This document shows positions 26,645 to 35,455 of a stretch of 64,000 bases of DNA, piece by piece. Source of the stretch: an uncultured Candidatus Babeliaceae bacterium (GTDB lineage: Bacteria > Babelota > Babeliae > Babelales > Babelaceae); NCBI GenBank assembly GCA_963704655.1, contig OY969927.1:224001-288000 (forward strand), in the 5' to 3' direction. A model generated the notes under the pieces. It saw nothing but the letters and a program-made list of their open reading frames with translations, was not told the DNA's origin and searched no databases. The translations under genes were made by a program, and so were the position numbers. Numbering within the stretch: the first letter of the stretch is position 1; each line of letters starts with the position of its first letter.

Positions 26645-27199
26645 ATGCTTATGAAAAACATAAAAATAGCGCTGTTACTTGGTATGACTCTTGTACAAAA
26701 TTCTGTACGAGCAGGTGGTGGTCATAGTAAACCTTCTGATAATAATGATGAGATGTTTTTGCAGACCACCGCAGTGAAATATTTAGAAGGATTTGTGACA
26801 CTTGTACCAAAAGATTTTGATGAGAATATGCCAGAAGAAGATTTTAATACGTTTGTTACTAAAATGACCCGTGAAAATGATGATAAAGATAATGTAAAGA
26901 ATTATTTTGCTGAGTGGCGAAAGACTGATGTGCTCTATTCAGAATGTCATATACACGAAAGTGTTGAAACTATAATAAAAGATGTTCCGCTTAAAAAATT
27001 ATTAGCAACAGTTTCAGATGATAAAGTTAAAAAAGAGATCATTAGTAAAGTTCTGGACCATAGTATCAAAAGAACTGCTGTGATTATGGAAACTCCGCGC
27101 GGGCCACAAGGCACACCTGCCAATAAAGCTCCTCTGGTTCCTGATGATTCTTCTAAGAAAATGATTGAACTTATACTTGAACTGAGTAAAAGCAAGTAA
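26645..27199 (+). CDS. Secreted hypothetical protein
   Basis: MKNIKIALLLGMTLVQNSVRA signal peptide. Confidence 0.75.
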   Translation: MLMKNIKIALLLGMTLVQNSVRAGGGHSKPSDNNDEMFLQTTAVKYLEGFVTLVPKDFDENMPEEDFNTFVTKMTRENDDKDNVKNYFAEWRKTDVLYSECHIHESVETIIKDVPLKKLLATVSDDKVKKEIISKVLDHSIKRTAVIMETPRGPQGTPANKAPLVPDDSSKKMIELILELSKSK

Positions 27200-29797
27200 C
27201 TATCCCTGTTCAACAACTTTTACGCTGCTTCCCTGTGCGGTTTTGTTAACCACAAAATGTACCGGGAAGTGGTCCTTCATATACGGCAAATGTGAAACGA
27301 TAATTATCTTTGCAAAATCATCCTGAATTTTATAAATCGCTTCCATAATATGAGCAAGGCCCTCTTCGTCTTGCGAACCAAAGCCTTCGTCAATAATAAG
27401 CGTTTGCAGCGTAGTGCCCGCACGGCGCGCAAGAAGTTTTGACAATGCAATACGTAACGCAAAATCAATTCTAAATGCTTCACCACCTGAAAAAAGTTCA
27501 TAGGCGCGGATGCCGGTCGCGTCAGAGATGTGAATATCCAATGTCTCTTTGCTTTTGCCACTTTTTAAATCACGTAACGATTCAATAAATAAATGTGCCT
27601 GGCCGTCAGTAAGTTTTTCAAGTAACATGTTTGCCTCTTGCTCAATTTCTGGCAGCGCCTGTTCTATAAGTAATGCTTGAATGCCATCTTTGCCAACTGC
27701 TTGTGCGATGCTTTGGTAAATCTCCTGTTCATAGCTAAACTCTTTAATCGATGCGCTTAAGCGGGTAAACTCTTTTTCCTGTAACTCTAAGCGGGCAAGT
27801 TGCTCTTTGTATGAGCCGATCTCGCGCAACAGAGTGTTTAATGTTTCTGCCTGTTGTTGCGTGGTGCTGCGTAATTTTTGTAATTCTGTATCTAGCGAGC
27901 TTTGTTGTGCAATTTTTTCTCGTGTAGTTTCTATCTTAAGAGTAAGCTCGCGCTGTTCACGCTTCATGCTTTTTAAGTGTGCTACGGTAATATGCACAAC
28001 TTTTTTTATCTGTTGCAATAACGGATTAATGTTTTCTGGTGAAACCTGTGCCTCAAGTTTGCTGAGCTTTAATTGGCTCGTAAGCTCGAGCTTACGTTCA
28101 GGCGAAATTTCTGGCAAAAGATTAAGCTGGCTCTTAATTTTTTCTAATTCTGCACAATACTTTCGATACGTAGCATCATGCGTGAGCAACGTCTGTTGTG
28201 TTGCAAGTGCCTGCTTGTCCAGCATTAAGCTGCTCAGTGTTATGCTTTCAGCATCTTTTTGTGCAATAATTTCTGCATGTTCTTTGCGTAATTCGGCAAT
28301 CTGCTTTTCAGTGTGCGCAACTTCTTTGAGCGTTTCAAGAACGGTATGCATAGTGATAATAGTCTGCTTGAGTGCGGGCAAAAGTTTGGTAAAACGCGCA
28401 AGTTGATGCTGTGCCCGTGCGCGTTCTTTGTGCTGCGTATTGCACAGAGTAATTTTTTTGTCCGGTAAAAGTTCCTGCGTACAGGTTGGGCAATGTGCAA
28501 TACCCGCGGTACTTAATGCTTTTAAACTATAATCGTAATCCTGAACTTTGGTGAGTAAATTATTTTTTTGGGTTACAAATTTTTGATATACTTCGCGGTA
28601 TTTTTCATATTTTTCTAGAGTAACCTGTGGTGGCTGTGCGCTCTTTGGTATACTTAAACGCGCTATTTTTTCAGCAAGTTCGGTTGCTCGTTTTTGATGC
28701 ATTGAAATACGCAACGTTACCTGTTGCACCTGCATATCGATAGCATGTGTTTTTTGCGTGTGGGCAGCCTGCAACGTTGCAGTGAGTGTTTGGAGCTTTT
28801 GAGATATTTGTAAAACGTGTTGCTGCAATTCAAAGCGCTGTAACTCATTTTTCTGAAGTAATTCAAGCTCTTTTTCTAACAACTCATGATTTTGAAGATC
28901 TTTGTTGCCATGGTTAATTTTTTTTGAAAGGATCTTTTTAAATTCTGCGCGAGAGTTTCGTAATTCTTGTAAACTTTGTTGTATACGGCTATGTAGTTTT
29001 TGTGCAGACTCAGTAGCTTGCTGAAAAAGTTGCTTATCATGCATATGCTGCTGAAAGTTTACTTCAGCTGCTTGTAATTTTTTTTGTAACTCGTGCAGGT
29101 TTTCTTGTAACGTTTTTTCTTGTTCAAGTGCAGCAGCAAGCGCTTGAGTGAGTGTCTCTTTTTGCGTTATTTCGCATGATAACCGTTGATGAATCGGCAG
29201 TAATGTATCACGTTGCGTTGCCAATAGGCGGCTTTTTTCAATAGCTTTTTTTTTAATAAGTTCAAATTGGGTGATCCCTAAAATTGAACTTAAAATCTCT
29301 TTACGCTCTTTAGGTGATTTTTTTGAAAATTCATTTGAGGCCCCTTGTCGCAAAAACACCGAGTTAATAAAACTTTCATGATCAAGGCCAATAGCAGCGA
29401 TAATTTTTTCTTGCGTTGCGCGCAATGTTTTATCTGTGAGTCCGCGAATTGCGCCCGTCTGTGGATCCACAATTCCAAAATCAAGCGCGGTCTGTACTTT
29501 GGTGCTGCTGATATTAAGTTCGCGCCGCACACGATATATCTCACCATTACAAAGAAATTCTAAACTTACCATCATTTGCGTTTGGCCAAGCCGGACAAGG
29601 TTTTCATCGGCACGCGCGCCACTTTGTGCCTTGCGAGCATAACCCCATAACACCCACGTAAGGGCATCAAGAAGTGCAGATTTACCGTGACCATTTTTTC
29701 CGGATAAACAGATAAGATTATAAGGCTCAAAGTCTATATACTGCGTTGTCTGGCCGTAACTGAGAAAATTTTTTACTGCTAATTTTAAAGGTACCAT
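27200..29797 (-). CDS. sbcC: SbcC/Rad50-like SMC ATPase
   Basis: KNFLSY, GKNGHGKS, coiled coil with CPTC hook, FSGGE, LIIDEGFGSQD, IVSH. Confidence 0.92.
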   Translation of the reverse strand: MVPLKLAVKNFLSYGQTTQYIDFEPYNLICLSGKNGHGKSALLDALTWVLWGYARKAQSGARADENLVRLGQTQMMVSLEFLCNGEIYRVRRELNISSTKVQTALDFGIVDPQTGAIRGLTDKTLRATQEKIIAAIGLDHESFINSVFLRQGASNEFSKKSPKERKEILSSILGITQFELIKKKAIEKSRLLATQRDTLLPIHQRLSCEITQKETLTQALAAALEQEKTLQENLHELQKKLQAAEVNFQQHMHDKQLFQQATESAQKLHSRIQQSLQELRNSRAEFKKILSKKINHGNKDLQNHELLEKELELLQKNELQRFELQQHVLQISQKLQTLTATLQAAHTQKTHAIDMQVQQVTLRISMHQKRATELAEKIARLSIPKSAQPPQVTLEKYEKYREVYQKFVTQKNNLLTKVQDYDYSLKALSTAGIAHCPTCTQELLPDKKITLCNTQHKERARAQHQLARFTKLLPALKQTIITMHTVLETLKEVAHTEKQIAELRKEHAEIIAQKDAESITLSSLMLDKQALATQQTLLTHDATYRKYCAELEKIKSQLNLLPEISPERKLELTSQLKLSKLEAQVSPENINPLLQQIKKVVHITVAHLKSMKREQRELTLKIETTREKIAQQSSLDTELQKLRSTTQQQAETLNTLLREIGSYKEQLARLELQEKEFTRLSASIKEFSYEQEIYQSIAQAVGKDGIQALLIEQALPEIEQEANMLLEKLTDGQAHLFIESLRDLKSGKSKETLDIHISDATGIRAYELFSGGEAFRIDFALRIALSKLLARRAGTTLQTLIIDEGFGSQDEEGLAHIMEAIYKIQDDFAKIIIVSHLPYMKDHFPVHFVVNKTAQGSSVKVVEQG

Positions 29798-29881
29798 ACG
29801 CGCATTGTATCATGATCTTGCAATTTTTTAAATGATAAGCTACAACTTATCAACTCAATTTAATAAAAAGGGAGAATAGTA

Positions 29882-31360
29882 ATGATATTAGCCGCACATG
29901 CTTTCCGGCATTATGACATTCGCGGAAAAGTTGATCAGGATATTTTTATACAAGAAATGTATCGGCTGGGCCGCGCATTAGCAGAATATGTTCTACAACA
30001 AAATCCCCAAGCAAAAACTATTATTATTGGCCGAGATGGGCGCACTCATTCACCAGAGATTCAAAAAAATATCGTGCAAGCATTATTTGATGTTGGTTTC
30101 ACCGTGCATGATACCGGCATTTGTCCAACACCAGTTGTTTATTTTGCGGCCCATACGCATGCTTACGATGCAGCAATTATGATAACTGCATCGCATAATG
30201 GTCCAGAATATAACGGTCTTAAATTGTGTTTAGGGAAAAACTCTATCTGGGGTGGTGAGATCCAAAAAATTAAAGAACTTTATCTAATATCTATAGAGTC
30301 TGGTTTTTCGAACATGCGTGTGGTGAATAATAGTGCATCATATATGCGTGTTGCTATGCAGCAAGAGTACGCAGAATATATGGCGCATGAGTTTGTCGAT
30401 TTAAAAGATTTTAGTAAGCCGATAGTGGCAGACTGCGGTAACGGCGCTGTCGGTTCTGTCTTGCGTGATGTTATTGAAGCGGTTGGTTTGCATGATGTTA
30501 CGATTTTATGCGAAGTTGTTGATGGCACCTATCCAAACCATATCGCAAATCCAGTAGAGATAGAAAATATGCACCATGTTATTGAGAAAGTGCACGAAAC
30601 AAAGCCTTTTATAGCAGTTGGCTTTGATGGTGATGGCGACAGAATGGCAGCAGTAACACCCGATGGCACACTTCTTTCTGGTGATATTCTGCTTGCTCTT
30701 TTTGCGCAAGATATTTTGCTTGATAATCAACATGCTAAAATTGTATATGATGGTAAATGTTCGTTGGTAGTAGCAGATATTATCACAAAATATGGCGGTG
30801 TTCCGCTGCGTAGTCCATCGGGACATTCAATTATTAAAACTGCTATGCGTACGCATAATGCACTTTTTGGCGGTGAGCTGAGTTGCCATTTTTTCTTTGC
30901 CGATAGATATTTTGGTTATGATGACGGTATTTATGCCTTTTTACGCCTGGTGAGATTATTAAAAAATAGCCAGAAAGATCTTACTGAGTTAGTAAATCAG
31001 TTTCCGCAAACGTATAGCACACCAGAAATACGTATTGTTTGCAGTGATGCAGAAAAAGATGGTGTTATTGAAAAACTCAAAGAGTTACTAAGCTTACAAG
31101 ATAGATACACGTTATCATTTGAAGATGGCGTTCGTTTAGAAGATGATCTTAGTTGGGGGCTAATTCGTGTATCAAATACTCAGCCTGCTATTTGTATACG
31201 GTGCGAATCGCTTACTATCAAAGGGTTGCAAGATATAAAAAAAATAATCTACGATATGTTACTTACGGTTTTAACAAGTTCGTTACCAACGGCCGCTCAT
31301 CCTGAGCTTGTCGAAGGGTTAGCGGTTTTAAATTCATATAGTATGAAAGAACTTACATGA
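29882..31360 (+). CDS. Phosphomannomutase/phosphoglucomutase
   Basis: FRHYDIRG, MITASHN, FDGDGDR, GGELSCH, RVSNTQP. Confidence 0.95.
   Translation: MILAAHAFRHYDIRGKVDQDIFIQEMYRLGRALAEYVLQQNPQAKTIIIGRDGRTHSPEIQKNIVQALFDVGFTVHDTGICPTPVVYFAAHTHAYDAAIMITASHNGPEYNGLKLCLGKNSIWGGEIQKIKELYLISIESGFSNMRVVNNSASYMRVAMQQEYAEYMAHEFVDLKDFSKPIVADCGNGAVGSVLRDVIEAVGLHDVTILCEVVDGTYPNHIANPVEIENMHHVIEKVHETKPFIAVGFDGDGDRMAAVTPDGTLLSGDILLALFAQDILLDNQHAKIVYDGKCSLVVADIITKYGGVPLRSPSGHSIIKTAMRTHNALFGGELSCHFFFADRYFGYDDGIYAFLRLVRLLKNSQKDLTELVNQFPQTYSTPEIRIVCSDAEKDGVIEKLKELLSLQDRYTLSFEDGVRLEDDLSWGLIRVSNTQPAICIRCESLTIKGLQDIKKIIYDMLLTVLTSSLPTAAHPELVEGLAVLNSYSMKELT
31293..31325. repeat. Family A palindrome (33 bp) in frame in the pmm/pgm C-terminus
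   Basis: ccgctcatcctgagcttgtcgaagggttagcgg, read as AHPELVEGLA. Confidence 0.8.
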
Positions 31361-32361
31361 AACGAGTTGCTCTTAATGGCTTTGGGCGCATCGGTAAAAA
31401 CTTTTTACGTGCCTATTTACAAGATACTCAAGCGCATGCACAATACGAACTTGTTGCTATCAATATCGGACCAGCTGATATTGATGCTGTTGCGTATATG
31501 ATTACGTACGATTCTTTACTCGGCATCTATTCATGCCCCGTTTTAGTTGAAAATAATATCTTATTGGTTGGTAATTTTAAGATAGCTTTACTGCAAGAGA
31601 CTGATGCCGTAAAACTACCTTGGGCTAAATTGGATATTGATTATGTTGTTGATGCAACGGGTCATTATACTCATGCAGCTGATGCACGCAAGCATATACA
31701 GGCTGGCGCAAAAAAGGTGATAATTACTGCCCCAGCGCAAGGTGAAGATATTACTCTTGTTATGGGTGTTAATGATCAACTGTATCAAGCAGATAAGCAT
31801 ACAATTATCTCATTAGGCAGTTGTACAACCAATGCATTGGTGCCATTGCTGCATGTTATGAAAACGCATTGTACTATTACACAAACGATTGCTTCTACGG
31901 TGCATGCGTATACAAATTCGCAGGAGCTGCTTGATGTTGATGCTCATAGTAAAGATCTGCGTAGATCCCGTGCTGCAGGTATTAATATTATACCAAGTTC
32001 TACAGGTGCAGCTATTTCAGTTACGGCCGTTTTGCCTGAATTTAAAAATAGACTTGCAGCCAATGCGCTGCGTGTTCCGGTGCCGATAGTTTCCCTTGCA
32101 GATGTTACCTTATTACTTGAAAAGCCGGTAACCGTTCACGATGTGAATGGCTGGTTTGCCGATGCGGCACAAAGTTCATTAAAAAATGTACTGTCTGTAA
32201 CAAATGTGCCATTGGTTTCAAGTGATTTCCAGGGTAACAGCAGCTCAGTTATTTTTGATGCTACTATGACATTAGTCAGTGGGCCCCTTGTGCGTATATA
32301 TGGCTGGTATGATAATGAATGGGGTTATAGCAACCGGATCAATGATTTTTTAAAAAAATAG
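31357..32361 (+). CDS. gap: Glyceraldehyde-3-phosphate dehydrogenase type I
   Basis: NGFGRIG, SCTTNAL, NIIPSSTGAA, LRVP, WYDNEWGYS. Confidence 0.95.
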   Translation: MKRVALNGFGRIGKNFLRAYLQDTQAHAQYELVAINIGPADIDAVAYMITYDSLLGIYSCPVLVENNILLVGNFKIALLQETDAVKLPWAKLDIDYVVDATGHYTHAADARKHIQAGAKKVIITAPAQGEDITLVMGVNDQLYQADKHTIISLGSCTTNALVPLLHVMKTHCTITQTIASTVHAYTNSQELLDVDAHSKDLRRSRAAGINIIPSSTGAAISVTAVLPEFKNRLAANALRVPVPIVSLADVTLLLEKPVTVHDVNGWFADAAQSSLKNVLSVTNVPLVSSDFQGNSSSVIFDATMTLVSGPLVRIYGWYDNEWGYSNRINDFLKK

Positions 32362-32376
32362 CGATTCGCTTTTGTC

Positions 32377-32419
32377 GTGTCACCCTGAACTTGATTCAGG
32401 GTCCACCTGTTAAGTTATA
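32377..32419 (+). repeat. Left arm of a 43-bp inverted repeat (REP-like, family D)
   Basis: gtgtcaccctgaacttgattcagggtccacctgttaagttata equals the reverse complement of 34037-34079 with 5 mismatches. Confidence 0.85.
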
Positions 32420-32616
32420 ATCCCCTAATATATTGACTTATTTAAACAAAAGTATAAAATCTAGTTAAACATATAAGTTAGAAATTAGTTCCCTGGAATG
32501 CAACTAAAAGTAAAAAATATATGTTGTTCCCTTGGAAAGGAACCCTAGCACACTGGTATGTGGCAAAAGAAGTTAAAAACAGAGTTTTTAAAAACATTTT
32601 GTATGAAAGATTTAAT

Positions 32617-33168
32617 ATGGTAAACCATATCTCCGAGGTTGAGAATCAAACGAATAATCTAATTGATAAAGCATTAGATGGCCTTAATTTAGAAGCAAAG
32701 TCACTCTTTGTGCTTCTAGATAACATTTCCTCAAATTTCCTTAAAGTTGAAAAAAGCTTAAAAGATTTAAAAGCTAATTTTCCATTTAGAGAGCCAATCA
32801 AAAAAAATACCACAAGCCCGAAAATACCAAGAGATGATCATAGATCTTCAAATTTCTTAAATTTGGAATATTATGTGACTGAGCAAGTTCATTATTTAGC
32901 ATGGGAAGCGGATGATGAGCCTAAGAATTATCGCTTATTTCTTATTTGTGAAGAAAGTGAGATAGTTGGTTGTACTGGTGTTGGAGAATGTTGTAAATTT
33001 AGTGAGGTTTTTACAAAGAAATGTATCTTTAAAAAAACTCTGGTTGGATCAGATTTACAGACTAAATTAGAATACGCTAAATATTTGACTCAGTTTATTT
33101 ACGCATTTAAAAATTATTTAAAAAATTATCGTACATCGATTGAAGAGAACGACAATCTACCGTTTTAG
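32617..33168 (+). CDS. Hypothetical protein
   Basis: AT-rich ORF; start uncertain (32521 or 32617). Confidence 0.65.
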   Translation: MVNHISEVENQTNNLIDKALDGLNLEAKSLFVLLDNISSNFLKVEKSLKDLKANFPFREPIKKNTTSPKIPRDDHRSSNFLNLEYYVTEQVHYLAWEADDEPKNYRLFLICEESEIVGCTGVGECCKFSEVFTKKCIFKKTLVGSDLQTKLEYAKYLTQFIYAFKNYLKNYRTSIEENDNLPF

Positions 33169-33260
33169 TAGTTTGTTCTAAAGGTAATTGTTAGTTCTTA
33201 TCTCTGATAAGGACTTTCGGTTTAATTCTCAATTTTTAAATAATTTTTTATAGCGAGATA

Positions 33261-33980
33261 TTGATGCATTCAAAAAATATTTTACCACAAATGAGCTGGA
33301 AAAAAGTGAATCTTTTTCAGCAGTGTCGTCGTTGTTTTTATAAAGAGCATGTATTGCAAATGAAAAGGCCCGGTATTGATGCTGATTCCTTCTCACTAAA
33401 TAATGCAGTTGATGTTCTTTGGAAAAATGAATTTGATGTTTACCGTGCAAAACAAATTGCGCACCCCATTATGCTTGCACATAAGATAAATGCTGTCCCA
33501 TTTAATCATGAGCTTGTATTTATGTGGCGAGATTATAAAGCTGGTGGCATCAGATTCGTCGATCAGGTTAACGGCTTAGAGCTTTATGGAATTATTGATG
33601 ATATTTGGATTAATGAAAGTAAAGAGCTCATTATTGTTGATTATAAGGCAACAGCAAAACATAAGCAGTTTATGACATGGCCAAATAAGAACAAATGGGA
33701 TGATAGCAATAAGCGGCAAATGGCTTTTTATGCAGCTCTTCTTAAAAGAAGTGGGCATAAAATATATAATAAAGGTTATTTTGTTTATAGTACAGCGCTT
33801 AAAGATAAGCCTCTTTTTAATCAAAAACTAGAATTTGAAAGCTGTATCAAAGATTGCCCAATAGATGATTCTTGGATGGATTCTACTATGCGAGATTTAC
33901 GGTATTGCCTAGATCAGCCGACAGCTCCAGAAGCATCAAAAGACTGTGAATTTTGTAAATATGAGCTTAATCAGCATTAA
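33261..33980 (+). CDS. PD-(D/E)XK nuclease (RecB/Cas4-like superfamily)
   Basis: QCRRCFY, GIIDDIW, IIVDYKAT, QMAFYA, CEFC; start uncertain. Confidence 0.85.
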   Translation: MMHSKNILPQMSWKKVNLFQQCRRCFYKEHVLQMKRPGIDADSFSLNNAVDVLWKNEFDVYRAKQIAHPIMLAHKINAVPFNHELVFMWRDYKAGGIRFVDQVNGLELYGIIDDIWINESKELIIVDYKATAKHKQFMTWPNKNKWDDSNKRQMAFYAALLKRSGHKIYNKGYFVYSTALKDKPLFNQKLEFESCIKDCPIDDSWMDSTMRDLRYCLDQPTAPEASKDCEFCKYELNQH

Positions 33981-33989
33981 TATAGCTTG

Positions 33990-34034
33990 CCCTTCGATAT
34001 GCCGCTCTCATAGAGCGGCACTCAGGGTGCACGG
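33990..34034. repeat. Family A palindrome, reverse orientation
   Basis: cccttcgatatgccgctctcatagagcggcactcagggtgcacgg. Confidence 0.7.
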
Positions 34035-34036
34035 AG

Positions 34037-34079
34037 TATAACTTAATAGATGGATCCTGAAACAAGTTCAGGATGACAC
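34037..34079 (-). repeat. Right arm of the 43-bp inverted repeat
   Basis: tataacttaatagatggatcctgaaacaagttcaggatgacac. Confidence 0.85.
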
Positions 34080-34171
34080 CTTTGCGGCATAATTTCATTT
34101 TTTTTAAAATTGCTAGATGCACGGTTAGACAAGAATAAGAAAATACGGTACTCTATCTCTTAGTGTTGGGA

Positions 34172-34248
34172 GGGCCCATAGCTCAGTCGGTCAGAGCAGT
34201 CGGCTCATAACCGAAAGGTCCCAGGTTCAAGTCCTGGTGGGCCCACCA
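34172..34248 (+). tRNA. tRNA with CAT anticodon, probably tRNA-Ile2 (lysidine)
   Basis: GGGCCCA/TGGGCCC acceptor, CT-CAT-AA loop, encoded CCA; lacks initiator features (no C1 mismatch, no 3 G-C anticodon pairs). Confidence 0.9.
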
Positions 34249-34268
34249 GTAACAAGAAAGATAAATAC

Positions 34269-34973
34269 ATGAGTACAGATCCATTTTACAACTTTCTCGC
34301 GTTAGTCACACAAGATACTCATGCTGTTGCAACTCGCAAAAAAATAGCGCAACTTTCCCAAAAACAAGAAGCACTTAAAAGCACTCTTAAAAAATTGCAA
34401 GATGATCTAGCCGATGCACAAGCACAAGCACATAGTGCAAAAAAAAGTCTTGATGCTCAAGAGCTTGAAATTAAAGTCCTCAAGGATCGCCAACGGTCAT
34501 TAAAAAGTAAATTAGAGGCCTCAAGCTCACCAAAAGAGTATTTTTCATTAGAGACGGAGTTGAAAAATATCGCGTTAGATATCGATGCGCAAGAAAATAA
34601 ACTTTTTGAACTCTTTGAAAATTATGAAACTCTAGAAAAAAATATGGGTGAAGTTGATTTTCAGGTAGTTACTGCACGTGCGCAGATTGTACAAGAAGTT
34701 GCCGATATCGACCAACAGATTAAACAATTACAGCAGCAGGGGCAAGAGTATATTCAGAGCTATGATGAATTAAAATCTCAGGTAAACCCCGAGATGCTTG
34801 AAAAGTTTCTTACTATGAAGCAGTCACTGGAAAACCCTGTGGTGCCGGTTGAAAAGAATGCCTGTTCAGCCTGTGGACATACAATTAACGTGCAAGATCT
34901 GGTGAGTATACGTAAACACAAACTTGTTGCATGTCAAAACTGTTTTAGACTTTTATATACTATTGCACCATGA
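34269..34973 (+). CDS. Coiled-coil protein with a C4 zinc ribbon (CT398/DUF164-like)
   Basis: Long coiled coil, then CSAC...CQNCFRLLY; adjacent to RNase HI. Confidence 0.85.
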   Translation: MSTDPFYNFLALVTQDTHAVATRKKIAQLSQKQEALKSTLKKLQDDLADAQAQAHSAKKSLDAQELEIKVLKDRQRSLKSKLEASSSPKEYFSLETELKNIALDIDAQENKLFELFENYETLEKNMGEVDFQVVTARAQIVQEVADIDQQIKQLQQQGQEYIQSYDELKSQVNPEMLEKFLTMKQSLENPVVPVEKNACSACGHTINVQDLVSIRKHKLVACQNCFRLLYTIAP

Positions 34974-35455
34974 CCCAATTATCACTTTTTCAACAAGATA
35001 CTACAACAGAGAAATCTCTTATAACATTGTATATTGACGGGGCATCGCGCGGCAACCCGGGCCCATCATCTGTTGGCTGTGTTATTAAACGTGCAGATGT
35101 GGTTATTGAAGAGCATGGGTACTATTTGGGTAAGAAAACAAATAACCAGGCCGAATACTCTGCATTACTTATCGGGCTACATTTTGTAGCGCAGATTATT
35201 AAGCATCAAGATGAGCTTCTTGTTATTTCAGATTCTGAGCTTTTGGTAAAGCAGCTTAATGGTCACTATCGTGTTAAAGACCCAATTTTACAAAAATTAT
35301 TCGCTCGTGCAAAACATATGCTTAAAGACATTGATCATCGTATCACGCATGTCTTGCGTGCGCATAATAGTCATGCAGATATGCTTGCAAATAAAGCGCT
35401 TGACCAGAAAATTAAGCTTCCAGAAGATTTGGCGCCGTTGGTTCACGATGTATAA
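34970..35455 (+). CDS. rnhA: Ribonuclease HI
   Basis: YIDGASRGNPG, TNNQAEY, SDSELLVKQ, RAHNSHADMLAN. Confidence 0.92.
   Translation: MTQLSLFQQDTTTEKSLITLYIDGASRGNPGPSSVGCVIKRADVVIEEHGYYLGKKTNNQAEYSALLIGLHFVAQIIKHQDELLVISDSELLVKQLNGHYRVKDPILQKLFARAKHMLKDIDHRITHVLRAHNSHADMLANKALDQKIKLPEDLAPLVHDV

Noticed and set aside
33261-33980. cas4 gene of a CRISPR system
   Set aside because: Only superfamily-level PD-(D/E)XK motifs; no cas1/cas2 or array nearby.
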